The notes under the pieces: generated by a model | What the model was told of the DNA's origin: nothing | What the model saw: the letters and a program-made list of their open reading frames with translations, nothing else | Database searches by the model: none | Position numbers and translations under genes: made by a program | Source of the DNA: Eledone cirrhosa | Taxonomy: Eukaryota | Length of the DNA: 64,000 bases | Reading direction: 5' to 3' | NCBI GenBank assembly: GCA_964016885.1 | Contig: OZ024741.1 | Location: forward strand, 407,774,001 to 407,838,000 | Part shown: positions 1 through 13,199 of the stretch, in pieces | Layout of the letters: the number at the start of each line of letters is the position of its first letter | How positions within the stretch are numbered: the first letter of the stretch is position 1

Positions 1-3000
1 TGGTAGTGTTGTTGGTAGTGTTGGTACTGGTAGTGTTGTTGGTAGTGTTGGTATTGGTGGTGTTGGTGGTAGTGTTGGTACTGGTGGTGTTGGTGGTAGT
101 GTTGGTACTGGTGGTGTTGGTGGTAGTGTTGGTACTGGTGGTGTTGGTGGTAGCGTTGGTACTGGTGGTGTTGGTGGTAGTGTTGGTACTGGTAGTGTTG
201 TTGGTAGTGTTGGTACTGGTGGTGTTGGTGGTAGTGTTGGTACTGGTGGTGTTGGTGGTAGTGTTGGTACTGGTGGTGTTGGTGGTAGTGTTGGTACTGG
301 TAGTGTTGTTGGTAGTGTTGGTACTGGTAGTGTTGTTGGTAGTGTTGGTATTGGTGGTGTTGGTGGTAGCGTTGGTACTGGTGGTGTTGGTGGTAGTGTT
401 GGTACTGGTAGTGTTGTTGGTAGTGTTGGTATTGGTGGTGTTGGTGGTAGTGTTGGTACTGGTGGTGTTGGTGGTAGTGTTGGTACAGGTGGTGTTGGTG
501 GTAGTGTTGGTACTGGTGGTGTTGGTGGTAGCGTTGGTACTGGTAGTGTTGTTGGTAGTGTTGGTATTGGTGGTGTTGGTGGTAGCGTTGGTACTGGTGG
601 TGTTGGTGGTAGTGTTGGTACTGGTGGTGTTGGTGGTAGTGTTGGTACTGGTGGTGTTGGTGGTAGTGTTGGTACTGGTGGTGTTGGTGGTAGCGTTGGT
701 ACTGGTGGTGTTGGTGGTAGTGTTGGTACTGGTAGTGTTGTTGGTAGTGTTGGTACTGGTGGTGTTGGTGGTAGTGTTGGTACTGGTGGTGTTGGTGGTA
801 GTGTTGGTACTGGTGGTGTTGGTGGTAGTGTTGGTAATGGTGGTGATGGTGGTAGTGTTGGTATTGGTGGTGTTGGTGGTAGTGTTGGTATTAGTGGTGT
901 TGGTGGTAGTGTTGGTACTGGTGGTGTTGGTGGTGGTGTTGGTACTGGTACTGGTGGTGTTGGTGGTAGTGTTGGAACTGGTACTGGTGGTGGTAGTGTT
1001 GGTATTGGTGGTGTTGGTGGTAGTGTTGGTACTGGTGGTGTTGGTGGTAGTGTTGGTACTGGTGGTGTTGGTGGTAGTGTTGGTACTGGTGGTGTTGGTG
1101 GTAGTGTTGGTACTGGTGGTGTTGGTGGTAGTGTTGGTACTGGTGGTGTTGGTGGTAGTGTTGGTACTGGTGGTGTTGGTGGTAGTGTTGGTACTGGTGG
1201 TGTTGGTGGTAGTGTTGGTACTGGTGGTGTTGGTGGTAGTGTTGGTACTGGTGGTGTTGGTGGTAGCGTTGGTACTGGTGGTGTTGGTGGTAGTGTTGGT
1301 ACTGGTAGTGTTGTTGGTAGTGTTGGTACTGGTGGTGTTGTTGGTAGTGTTGGTACTGGTGGTGTTGGTGGTAGTGTTGGTACTGGTGGTGTTGGTGGTA
1401 GTGTTGGTACTGGTGGTGTTGGTGGTAGTGTTGGTACTGGTAGTGTTGTTGGTAGTGTTGGTATTGGTGGTGTTGGTGGTAGCGTTGGTACTGGTGGTGT
1501 TGGTGGTAGTGTTGGTACTGGTAGTCTTGTTGGTAGTGTTGGTATTGGTGGTGTTGGTGGTAGTGTTGGTACTGGTGGTGTTGGTGGTAGTGTTGGTACT
1601 GGTGGTGTTGGTGGTAGTGTTGGTACTGGTGGTGTTGGTGGTAGCGTTGGTACTGGTGGTGTTGGTGGTAGTGTTGGTACTGGTAGTGTTGTTGGTAGTG
1701 TTGGTACTGGTGGTGTTGGTGGTAGTGTTGGTACTGGTGGTGTTGGTGGTAGTGTTGGTACTGGTGGTGTTGGTGGTAGTGTTGGTAATGGTGGTGATGG
1801 TGGTAGTGTTGGTATTGGTGGTGTTGGTGGTAGTGTTGGTATTAGTGGTGTTGGTGGTAGCGTTGGTACTGGTGGTGTTGGTGGTAGTGTTGGTACTGGT
1901 AGTGTTGTTGGTAGTGTTGGTACTGGTGGTGTTGGTGGTAGTGTTGGTACTGGTGGTGTTGGTGGTGGTGTTGGTACTGATACTGGTGGTGTTGGTGGTA
2001 GTGTTGGTACTGGTGGTGTTGGTGGTAGTGTTGGAACTGGTACTGGTGGTGGTAGTGTTGGTATTGGTGGTGTTGGTGGTAGTGTTGGTACTGGTGGTGT
2101 TGGTGGTAGTGTTGGTACTGGTGGTGTTGGTGGTAGTGTTGGTACTGGTGGTGTTGGTGGTAGCCTTGGTACTGGTACTGGTGGTGTTGGTTGTAGTGTT
2201 GGTACTGGTGGTGTTGGTGTTAGTGTTGGCACTGGTGGTGTTGGTGGTAGTTTTGGTACTGGTGTTGTTGGTGGTAGTCTTGGCACTGGTGATGTTGGTG
2301 GTAGTGTTGGTACAGGTGATGTTGGTGGTAGTGTTGGTATTGGTGGTGTTGGTGGTAGTGTTGGTACTGGTGGTGTTGGTGGTAGTGTTGGTACTGGTAC
2401 TGGTGGTGTCGGTGTTAGTGTTGGTAAAAGTGGTGTTGGTGGTAGTGTTGGTATTGGTGGTGTTTGTGGTAGTGTTGGTACTGGTGGTGTTGGTGGTACT
2501 GTTGGTACAATTGGTGTTGGTGGTAGTGTTGGTACTGGTGGTGTTGGTGGTAGTGTTGGTACAGGTGGTGTTGGTGGTAGTGTTGGTATTGGTGGTGTTG
2601 GTGGTAGTGTTGGTACTGGTGGTGTTGGTGGTAGTGTTGGAACTGGTACTGGTGGTGTTGGCGGTAGTGTCGGTACTGGTGGTGTTGGTGGTAGTGTTGG
2701 TACTGGTACTGGTGGTGTTCGTGGTAGTGTTGGTACAAGTGGTGTTGGTGGTAGTGTTGGTATTGGTGGTGCCGGCGGTAGTGTTGGTATTGGTGGTGTT
2801 TGTGGTAGTGTTGGTACTGGTGGTGTTGGTGGTAGTGTTGGTACTGGTAGTGTTGGTGGTACTGTTGGTACTGGTACTGGTGGTGTTGGTGGTACTGTTG
2901 GTACAATTGGTGTTGGTGGTAGTGTTGGTACTGGTGGTGTTGGTGGTAGTGTTGGTACTGGTGGTGTTGGTGGTAGCGTTGGTACTGGTGGTGTTGGTGG

Positions 3001-5850
3001 TAGTGTTGGTACTGGTAGTGTTGTTGGTAGTGTTGGTACTGGTGGTGTTGGTGGTAGAGTTGGTACTGGTGGTGTTGGTGGTAGTGTTGGTACTGGTGGT
3101 GTTGGTGGTAGTGTTGGTACTGGTAGTGTTGTTGGTAGTGTTGGTACTGGTAGTGTTGTTGGTAGTGTTGGTATTGGTGGTGTTGGTGGTAGTGTTGGTA
3201 CTGGTGGTGTTGGTGGTAGTGTTGGTACTGGTGGTGTTGGTGGTAGTGTTGGTACTGGTGGTGTTGGTGGTAGCGTTGGTACTGGTGGTGTTGGTGGTAG
3301 TGTTGGTACTGGTAGTGTTGTTGGTAGTGTTGGTACTGGTGGTGTTGGTGGTAGTGTTGGTACTGGTGGTGTTGGTGGTAGTGTTGGTACTGGTGGTGTT
3401 GGTGGTAGTGTTGGTACTGGTAGTGTTGTTGGTAGTGTTGGTACTGGTAGTGTTGTTGGTAGTGTTGGTATTGGTGGTGTTGGTGGTAGCGTTGGTACTG
3501 GTGGTGTTGGTGGTAGTGTTGGTACTGGTAGTGTTGTTGGTAGTGTTGGTATTGGTGGTGTTGGTGGTAGTGTTGGTACTGGTGGTGTTGGTGGTAGTGT
3601 TGGTACTGGTGGTGTTGGTGGTAGTGTTGGTACTGGTGGTGTTGGTGGTAGCGTTGGTACTGGTAGTGTTGTTGGTAGTGTTGGTATTGGTGGTGTTGGT
3701 GGTAGCGTTGGTACTGGTACTGGTGGTGTTGGTGGTAGTGTTGGAACTGGTACTGGTGGTGGTAGTGTTGGTATTGGTGGTGTTGGTGGTAGTGTTGGTA
3801 CTGGTGGTGTTGGTGGTAGTGTTGGTACTGGTGGTGTTGGTGGTAGTGTTGGTACTGGTGGTGTTGGTGGTGGTGTTGGTACTGGTACTGGTGGTGTTGG
3901 TGGTAGTGTTGGAACTGGTACTGGTGGTGGTAGTGTTGGTATTGGTGGTGTTGGTGGTAGTGTTGGTACTGGTGGTGTTGGTGGTAGTGTTGGTACTGGT
4001 GGTGTTGGTGGTAGTGTTGGTACTGGTGGTGTTGGTGGTAGTGTTGGTACTGGTGGTGTTGGTGGTAGTGTTGGTACTGGTGGTGTTGGTGGTAGTGTTG
4101 GTACTGGTGGTGTTGGTGGTAGTGTTGGTACTGGTGGTGTTGGTGGTAGTGTTGGTACTGGTGGTGTTGGTGGTAGTGTTGGTACTGGTGGTGTTGGTGG
4201 TAGCGTTGGTACTGGTGGTGTTGGTGGTAGTGTTGGTACTGGTAGTGTTGTTGGTAGTGTTGGTACTGGTGGTGTTGTTGGTAGTGATGGTACTGGTGGT
4301 GTTGGTGGTAGTGTTGGTACTGGTGGTGTTGGTGGTAGTGTTGGTACTGGTGGTGTTGGTGGTAGTGTTGGTACTGGTAGTGTTGTTGGTAGTGTTGGTA
4401 CTGGTAGTCTTGTTGGTAGTGTTGGTATTGGTGGTGTTGGTGGTAGTGTTGGTACTGGTGGTGTTGGTGGTAGTGTTGGTACTGGTGGTGTTGGTGGTAG
4501 TGTTGGTACTGGTGGTGTTGGTGGTAGCGTTGGTACTGGTGGTGTTGGTGGTAGTGTTGGTACTGGTAGTGTTGTTGGTAGTGTTGGTACTGGTGGTGTT
4601 GGTGGTAGTGTTGGTACTGGTGGTGTTGGTGGTAGTGTTGGTACTGGTGGTGTTGGTGGTAGTGTTGGTAATGGTGGTGATGGTGGTAGTGTTGGTATTG
4701 GTGGTGTTGGTGGTAGTGTTGGTATTAGTGGTGTTGGTGGTAGCGTTGGTACTGGTGGTGTTGGTGGTAGTGTTGGTACTGGTAGTGTTGTTGGTAGTGT
4801 TGGTACTGGTGGTGTTGGTGGTAGTGTTGGTACTGGTGGTGTTGGTGGTGGTGTTGGTACTGATACTGGTGGTGTTGGTGGTAGTGTTGGTACTGGTGGT
4901 GTTGGTGGTAGTGTTGGAACTGGTACTGGTGGTGGTAGTGTTGGTATTGGTGGTGTTGGTGGTAGTGTTGGTACTGGTGGTGTTGGTGGTAGTGTTGGTA
5001 CTGGTGGTGTTGGTGGTAGTGTTGGTACTGGTGGTGTTGGTGGTAGCCTTGGTACTGGTACTGGTGGTGTTGGTTGTAGTGTTGGTACTGGTGGTGTTGG
5101 TGTTAGTGTTGGCACTGGTGGTGTTGGTGGTAGTTTTGGTACTGGTGTTGTTGGTGGTAGTCTTGGCACTGGTGATGTTGGTGGTAGTGTTGGTACAGGT
5201 GATGTTGGTGGTAGTGTTGGTATTGGTGGTGTTGGTGGTAGTGTTGGTACTGGTGGTGTTGGTGGTAGTGTTGGTACTGGTACTGGTGGTGTCGGTGTTA
5301 GTGTTGGTAAAAGTGGTGTTGGTGGTAGTGTTGGTATTGGTGGTGCCGGCGGTAGTGTTGGTATTGGTGGTGTTTGTGGTAGTGTTGGTACTGGTGGTGT
5401 TGGTGGTACTGTTGGTACAATTGGTGTTGGTGGTAGTGTTGGTACTGGTGGTGTTGGTGGTAGTGTTGGTACAGGTGGTGTTGGTGGTAGTGTTGGTATT
5501 GGTGGTGTTGGTGGTAGTGTTGGTACTGGTGGTGTTGGTGGTAGTGTTGGAACTGGTACTGGTGGTGTTGGCGGTAGTGTCGGTACTGGTGGTGTTGGTG
5601 GTAGTGTTGGTACTGGTACTGGTGGTGTTCGTGGTAGTGTTGGTACAAGTGGTGTTGGTGGTAGTGTTGGTATTGGTGGTGCCGGCGGTAGTGTTGGTAT
5701 TGGTGGTGTTTGTGGTAGTGTTGGTACTGGTGGTGTTGGTGGTAGTGTTGGTACTGGTAGTGTTGGTGGTACTGTTGGTACTGGTACTGGTGGTGTTGGT
5801 GGTACTGTTGGTACAATTGGTGTTGGTGGTAGTGTTGGTACTGGTGGTGT
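1..5850 (+). repeat. ~2.9-kb imperfect tandem duplication (two copies, junction near 2935)
   Basis: Rare markers recur at offset 2883: AGTCTTGTT 1523/4406, AGCCTT 2162/5045, AAAAGT 2426/5309. The offset becomes 2910 after one extra monomer (ACAATT 2903/5813). The 5' parts differ by monomer indels. Confidence 0.85.
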
Positions 5851-7289
5851 TGGTGGTAGTGTTGGTACAGGTGGTGTTGGTGGTAGTGTTGGTATTAGTG
5901 GTGTTGGTGGTAGTGTTGGTACTGGTGGTGTTGGTGGTAGTGTTGGTTCTGGTGGTGTTGGTGGTAGTGTTGGTACTGGTGGTGTTGGTGGTAGTGTTGT
6001 TACTCGTACTGGTGGTGTTGGTGGTAGTGTTGGTACTGGTGGTGTTGGTGGTAGTGTTGTTACTGGTACTGGTGGTGTTGGTGGTAGTGTTGGTACTGGT
6101 ACTGGTAGTGTTGGTGGTTGTGTTGGTACTGGTGGTGTTGGTGGTAGTGTTGGTACTGGTAGTGTTGGTGGTAGTGTTGGTATTGGTGGTGTTGGTGGCA
6201 GTGATGTTACAGTTGGTGTTGGTGGTAGTGTTGGTACTGGTACTGGTGGTGTTGGTGGTAGTGTTGGTACAGGTGGTAGTGTTGGTATTGGTGGTGTTGG
6301 TGGTAGTTTTGGTACAGGTGGTGTTGGTGGTAGTGTTGGTATTGGTGGTGTTGGTGGTAGTGTTGGTACTGATGGTGGAGGTGGTAGTGTTGGTATTGGT
6401 GGTGTTGGTGGTAGTGTTGGTACTGGTGGTGTTGGTGGTAGTGTTGGTACTGGTGGTGTTGGTGGTAGTGTTGGTACTGATGGTGGAGGTGGTAGTGTTG
6501 GTATTGGTGGTGTTGGTGGTAGTTTTGGTACAGGTGGTGTTGGTGGTAGTGTTGGTATTGGTGGTGTTGGTGGTAGTGTTGGTACTGGTGGTGTTGGTGG
6601 TAGTGTTGGTACTGGTGGTGTTGGTGGTAGTGTTGGTATTGGTGGTGTTGGTGGTAGTGTTGGTACTGGTGGTGTTGTTGGTAGTGTCGGTACTGGTGGT
6701 GTTGGTGGTAATGTTGGTATTGGTGGTGTTGGTGGTAGTGTTGGTACAGTTGGTGTTGGTATTGGTGGTGTTGGTGGTAGTGTTGGTACTGGTGGTTTGG
6801 TGGTAATATAGGTACAGGTGGTGTTGGTGGTAGTGTTGTTACTGGTGGTGGTGGTGGTAGTGTTGGTACTGGTGGTGTTGGTGGTAGTGTTGGTACTGGT
6901 GGTGTTGGTGGTGGTGTTGGTAGTAGTTTTGGTACTGGTTGTGTTGGTGTTGGTGGTGTTTGTGGTAGTGTAGGTACTGGTGGTGTTGGTGCTGGTGGTA
7001 GTGTTGGTACTGGTGGTTTTGTTGGTATTCTTGGTACTGGTGGTGTTGGTGGTAGTGTTGGTACTGGTGGTGTTGGTTGTAGCTGGTACTGGTGGTGTCG
7101 GTGGTAGTGTTGGTACTGGTGGTGATGGTGGTAGCGTTGGTACTGGTGGCGTTGGTTATAGTGTTGGTACTGGTTGTGTTGGTGGTAGTGTTTGTAGTGG
7201 TAGTGTTGGTACTGGTACTGGTAGTGTTGGTACTGGTGGTGTTGGTACTGGTGGTGTTGGTGGTAGTGTTGGTACTGGTGGTGTTGGTG

Positions 7290-10200
7290 GTAATGTTGTT
7301 ACTGGTGGTGTTGGTGCTAGTGGTAGTGTTGTTACTGGTGGTGTTGGTGGTATTGTTAGTACAAGTGGTGTTGGTGGAAGTTGGTACTGGTGGTGATGGT
7401 GGTAGTGTTGGTACTGGTGGTGTTGGTGTTGGTGGTATTGTTGGTACTGGTGCTGTTGGTACTGGTGGTATTGGAGTTGGTGGTAGTGTTGTTACTGGTG
7501 GTGTTGGTGGTAATGGTAGCACAAGTGGTGTTGGTGGTAGTGTTGGTACCGGTGGTGTTGGTGGAAGAGGGTACTGGTGGTGTTGGTGGTAGTGTTGGTA
7601 CTGGTGGTGTTGCTGTTAGTGCTGGTACTGGTGGTGTTGGTTGTAGTGTTTATACTGGTGGTGTTGGTTGTAGTGTTTATACTGGTGGTTTTGGTGGTAG
7701 TGTTGGTACTGGTGGTGTTGGAGGTAGTGTTGGTACTGGTAGTGTTGGTTGTAGTGTTGGTACTGGTGGTGTTGGTGGTAGTATTGTTACTGGTGGTGTT
7801 GGTGCTAGTTTTGGTTCTGGTGGTGTTGGTAGTAGTGTTGGTACTGGTGGTGTATGTGGAAGATGGTACTGGTGGTGTTGGTGGTAGTGTTGGTACTGGT
7901 AGTGTTGGTGGTAGTTGGTATTGGTGGTGTTGGTGTTGGTGGTAGTGTTGGTACTGGTGGTGTTGGTGGTAGTGTTTATACTGGTGGTGTTGGTGGTAGT
8001 GTTGGTACTGGTGTGTTGGTGTTAGTGTTGGTACTGGTGGTGTTGGTGGTAGTGTTTATACTGGTAGTGTTGGCGGTAGTGATGGTACTGGTGGTTTTGG
8101 TGGTAGTGTTGGTACTGGTGGTGTTGGTGGTAGTGTTGTTACTGGTGGTGTTGGTGGTAGTGTTGGTACTGGTGGTGTTGTTGGTAGAGTTGGTACTGGT
8201 GGTGTTGGTGGTAGTGTTGGTATTGGCGGTGTTGGTGGTAGTGTTGGTACTGGTGGTGTTGGTGGTATTGTTGGTACTGGTGGTGTTGGTGGTAGTGTCG
8301 GTACTGGTGGTGTTGGTTGTAGTGTTGGTACTGATGGTTTTGGTGGTAGTGTTGGTATTGTTGGTGTTGGTGGTAGTGATGTTAATGGTGGTGTTGCTGG
8401 TTGTGTTGTTGCTGGTGGCGTTGGTGGTAGTGTTGGTGGTAGTGTTGATACTGGTGGTGTTGGTGTTGGTGGTAGTGTTGGTATTGGTGGTGTTGGTGGT
8501 AGTTGGTACTGGTGGTGTTGGTGGTAGTGTTGGTATTGGTGGTGTTGGTGGTAGTGTTGGTACTGGTGGTGTTGGTGGTGGTGTTGGTGGTAGTGTTGGT
8601 ACTGTTACTGGTGGTGTTGGAGGTAGTGTTGTTACTGGTGGTGATGGTGGTAGTGTTGGTACAGGTGGTGATGCTGGTAGTGTTGGTACTGGTGGTGTTG
8701 GTGGTAGTGTTGGTACTGGTGGTGTTGGTGGTAGTGTTGGTATTGGTGGTGGTGGTGGTGGTAGTGTTGGTACTGGTGGTGTTGGTGCTGGTGGTAGTGT
8801 TGGTACTGGTGGTTTTGTTGGTATTCTTGGTACTGGTGGTGTTGGTGTTGGTGGTAGTGTTGGTACTGGTGGTGTTGGTTGTAGCTGGTACTGGTGGTGT
8901 CGGTGGTAGTGTTGGTACTGGTGGTGATGGTGGTAGCGTTGGTACTGGTGGTGTTGGTTATAGTGTTGGTACTGGTTGCATTGGTGGTACTGTTTGTAGT
9001 GGTAGTGTTGGTACTGGTACTGGTAGTGTTGGTACTGGTGGTGTTGGTGGTAGTGTTGGTACTGGTGGTGTTGGTGGTAGTGTTGGTACTGGTGGTGTTG
9101 GTGGTAATGTTGTTACTGGTGGTGTTGGTGGTAGTGTTGGTACTGGTGGTGGTGGTGGTGGTAGTGTTGGTACTGGTGGTGTTGGTGGTAGTGTTGGTAC
9201 TAGTGGTGTTGGTGGTAGTGTTGGTACTGGTAGTGTTGGTGGTAGAGTTGGTACTGGTGGTGTTGTTGGTAGTGTTGGTACTGGTGGTGTTGGTGGTAGT
9301 GTTGGTACTGGTGGTGCTGGTGTTGGTGGTAGTGTTGGTACTGGTGGTGTTGGTGGTACTGTTGGTACTGGTGGTGTTGGTGGTAGTGTTGGTACTGGTG
9401 GTGTTGGTGGTAGTGTTGTTACTGGTTGTGTTGGTGGTACTGTTGGTACTGGTGGTGTTGGTGGTAGTGTTGGTACTGGTGGTGGTGGTGGTAGTGTTGA
9501 TACTGGTAGTGTTGGTGGTAGTGTTGGTACTGGTAGTGTTGGTGGTAGTGTCGGTACTGGTGGTGTTGGTGGTAGTGTTGGTACTGGTGGTGTTAGTGGT
9601 AGTTGGTACTGGTGGTGTTGGTGGTGGTGTTGGTACTGGTGGTGTTGGTGGTAGTTTGTACTAGTGGTGTTTGTGGCAGTGTTGTTACTGGTGGTGATGG
9701 TTGAAGTGTTGGTATTGGTGGTGTTGGTGGTAGTGTTGGTACTGGTGGTGTTGGTGCTAGTGGTAGTGTTGTTACTGGTGGTGTTGGTGGTATTGTTAGT
9801 ACAAGTGGTGTTGGTGGAAGTTGGTACTGGTGGTGTTGGTGGTAGTTGGTATTGGTGGTGATGGTGGTAGTGTTGGTACTGGTGGTGTTGGTGGTAGTGT
9901 TGTTACTGGTACTGGTGTGTTTGGTGGTAGTGTTGGTACTGGTGGTGTTGGTGTTGGTGGTATTGTTGGTACTGGTGCTGTTGGTACTGGTGGTATTGGA
10001 GTTGGTGGTAGTGTTGTTACTGGTGGTGTTGGTGGTAATGGTAGTACAAGTGGTGTTGGTGGTAGTGTTGGTACCGGTGGTGTTGGTGGAAGAGGGTACT
10101 GGTGGTGTTGGTGGTAGTGTTGGTACTGGTGGTGTTGGTGGTAGTGTTGTTACAGGTGGTGTTGGTGGTAGTGTTGTTACTGGTGGTGTTGGTTGTGGTG

Positions 10201-10830
10201 TTTATACTGGTGGTTTTGGTGGTAGTGTTGGTACTGGTGGTGTTGGAGGTAGTGTTGGTACTGGTAGTGTTGGTTGTAGTGTTGGTACTGGTGGTGTTGG
10301 TGGTAGTATTGTTACTGGTGGTGTTGGTGCTAGTTTTGGTTCTGGTGGTGTTGGTAGTAGTGTTGGTACTGGTGGTGTATGTGGAAGATGGTACTGGTGG
10401 TGTTGGTGGTAGTGTTGGTACTGGTAGTGTTGGTGGTAGTTGGTATTGGTGGTGTTGGTGTTGGTGGTAGTGTTGGTACTGGTGGTGTTGGTGGTAGTGT
10501 TTATACTGGTGGTGTTGGTGGTAGTGTTGGTACTGGTGTGTTGGTGTTAGTGTTGGTACTGGTTGTGTTGGTGGTAGTGTTTATACTGGTAGTGTTGGCG
10601 GTAGTGATGGTACTGGTGGTTTTGGTGGTAGTGTTGATACTGGTGGTGTTGGTGGTAGTGTTGTTACTGGTGGTGTTGGTGGTAGTGTTGGTACTGGTGG
10701 TGTTGTTGGTAGAGTTGGTACTGGTGGTGTTGGTGGTAGTGTTGGTATTGGCGGTGTTGGTGGTAGTGTTGGTACTGGTGGTGTTGGTGGTATTGTTGGT
10801 ACTGGTGGTGTTGGTGGTAGTGTCGGTACT
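7290..10830 (+). repeat. Two ~1-kb paralogous diverged blocks 2,525 bp apart (~7290-8300 and ~9740-10830); repeated in macro copy 2
   Basis: GGAAGAGGGTACT at 7563/10088, GGTACC at 7545/10070, and GTATGTGGAAGATGG at ~7852/10377. Confidence 0.85.
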
Positions 10831-13199
10831 GGTGGTGTTGGTGGTAGTGTTGGTACTGGTAGTGTTGGTGGTAGTGTTGGTACTGGTGGTGTTGGTGGTA
10901 GTGTTGTTACTGGTGGTGTTGGTGGTAGTGTTGGTACTGGTGGTGTTGGGGGGTAGTGTTGGTAAAGGTGGTGTTGGTGGTAGTGTTGGTACTGGTAGTG
11001 TTGGTGGTAGTGTTGGTACAGGTGGTATTGGGCGTAGTGTTGGTACTGGTGGTGTTGGTGGTAGTGTTGGTACTGGTGGTGTTGGTGGTAATGTTGTTTC
11101 TGGTGGTGTCGGTGGTAGTGTTGTTACTCGTGGTGTCGGTGGTAGTGTTGGTACTGGTGGTGGTGTTGGTGGTAGTGTTGGTACTGGTGGTGTTGGTGGT
11201 AGTGTTGGTACTGGTTGTGTTGGTGGTAGTGTTGGTACTGGTAGTGTTGGTGGTAGAGTTGGTACTGGTGGTGTTGTTGGTAGTGTTGGTACTGGTGGTG
11301 TTGGTGGTAGTGTTGGTACTGGTGGTGTTGGTGTTGGTGGTAGTGTTGGTACTGGTGGTGTTGGTGGTACTGTTGGTACTGGTGGTGTTGGTGGTAGTGT
11401 TGGTACTGGTGGTGTTGGTGGTAGTGTTGTTACTGGTTGTGTTGGTGGTACTGTTGGTACTGGTGGTGTTGGTGGTAGTGTTGGTACTGGTGGTGTTGGT
11501 GGTAGTGTTGGTACTGGTAGTGTTGGTGGTAGTGTTGGTACTGGTAGTGTTGGTGGTAGTGTCGGTACGGGTGGTGTTGGTGGTAGCGTTGGTACTGGTG
11601 GTGTTGGTGGTAGTGTTAGTACAAGTGGTGTTGATGGTAGTGTTGGTACTGGTGGTGCTGGTGGTAGTGTTGTTACTGGTGGTGTTGGTGGTAGTGTTAC
11701 TACAAGTGGTGTTGGTGGAAGTTGGTACTGGTGGTGTTGGTGGTAGTGTTGGTACTGGTGGTGTTAGTGGTAGTTGGTACTGGTGGTGTTGGTGATTGTG
11801 TTGGTACTGGTACTGGTAGTGTTGGTGGTTGTGTTGGTACTGGTGGTGTTGGTGGTAGTGTTGGTATTGGTGGTGTTGGTGGTAGTGTTGGTACTGGTAC
11901 TGGTGGTGTTGGTGGTAGTGTTGGTACTGGTACTGGTAGTGTTGGTGGTTGTGTTGGTACTGGTGGTGTTGGTGGTAGTGTTGGTACTGGTAGTGTTGGT
12001 GGTAGTGTTGGTACAGGTGGTAGTGTTGGTATTGGTGGTGTTGGTGGTAGTTTTGGTACTGGTGGTGTTGGTGGTAGTGTTGGTACTGGTGGTGTTGGTG
12101 GAAGTGTTGGTACTGGTGGTGTTGGTGGTAGTGTTGGTATTGGTGGTGTTGGTGGTAGTGTTGGTACTGGTGGTGTTGGTGGTAGTGTTGGTATTGGTGG
12201 TGATGGTGGTAGTGTTGGTATTGGTGGTGTTGGTGGTAGTGTTGGTATTAGTGGTGTTGGTGGTAGTGTTGGTACTGGTGGTATTGGTGGTGGTGTTGGT
12301 ACTGGTACTTGTGGTGTTGGTGGTAGTGTTGGTACTGGTGGTGTTGGTGGTAGTGTTGATACTGGTGGTGTTGGTGGTAATGTTGGTATTGGTGGTGTAG
12401 GTGGTAGTGTTGTTACTGGTGGTGTTGGTCGTAGTGTTGGTGCTGGTGTGGTTGGTGGTAGTGTTGTTACTGGTACTGGTGGTGTTGGTGGTAGTGTTGG
12501 TACTGGTATTGGTGGTGTTGGTGGTAGTGTTGGTACTGGTGGTGTTGGTGGTAGTGTTGGTACTGGTGGTGTTGGTGGTAGTGTTAGTACTGGTACTGGT
12601 GCTGTTGGTGATAGTGTTGGTATTGGTGGTGTTGGTGGTACTGTTGGTACTGGTGGTGTTGGTGTTAGTGTTGGTACTGGTGGTGTTGGTGGAAGTGTTG
12701 GTACTGGTGGTGTTGGTGGTAGTGTTGGTATTGGTGGTGTTGGTGGTAGTGTTGGTACTGGTGGTGTTGGTGGTAGTGTTGGTGCTGGTATTGGTGGTGT
12801 TGATGGTAGTGTTGGTACTGGTGGTGTTGGTGGTGGTGTTGGTGGTGGTGTTGGTGGTAGTTTTGTTTCTGGTGGTGTTGGTCGAAGTGTTGGTATTGGT
12901 GGTGTTGGTGGTAGTGTTGGTATTGGTGGTGTTGGTGGTAGTGTTGGTACTGGTGGTGTTGGTGGTAGTGGTGGTATTGGTGGTGTTGGTGGTAGTGTTG
13001 GTATAGGTGGTGTTGGTGGTAGTGTTGGTACTGGTGGTGTTGGTGGTAGTGGTGGTATTGGTGGTGTTGGTGGTAGTGTTGGTATAGGTGGTGTGGGTGG
13101 TAGAGTTGGTAATGTTACTGGTGGTGTTGGTGGTAGTGTTGGTATTGGTGGTGTTGGTGGTAGTGTTGGTACTGGTGTTGTTGGTGGTAGTGTTGGTAC

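Noticed and set aside
2415-2906. His/Gln/Tyr-rich ORFs (YQHYHQHHQ) suggesting metal-binding proteins
   Set aside because: These are an alternative-frame reading of the same monomer, bounded by chance variants.
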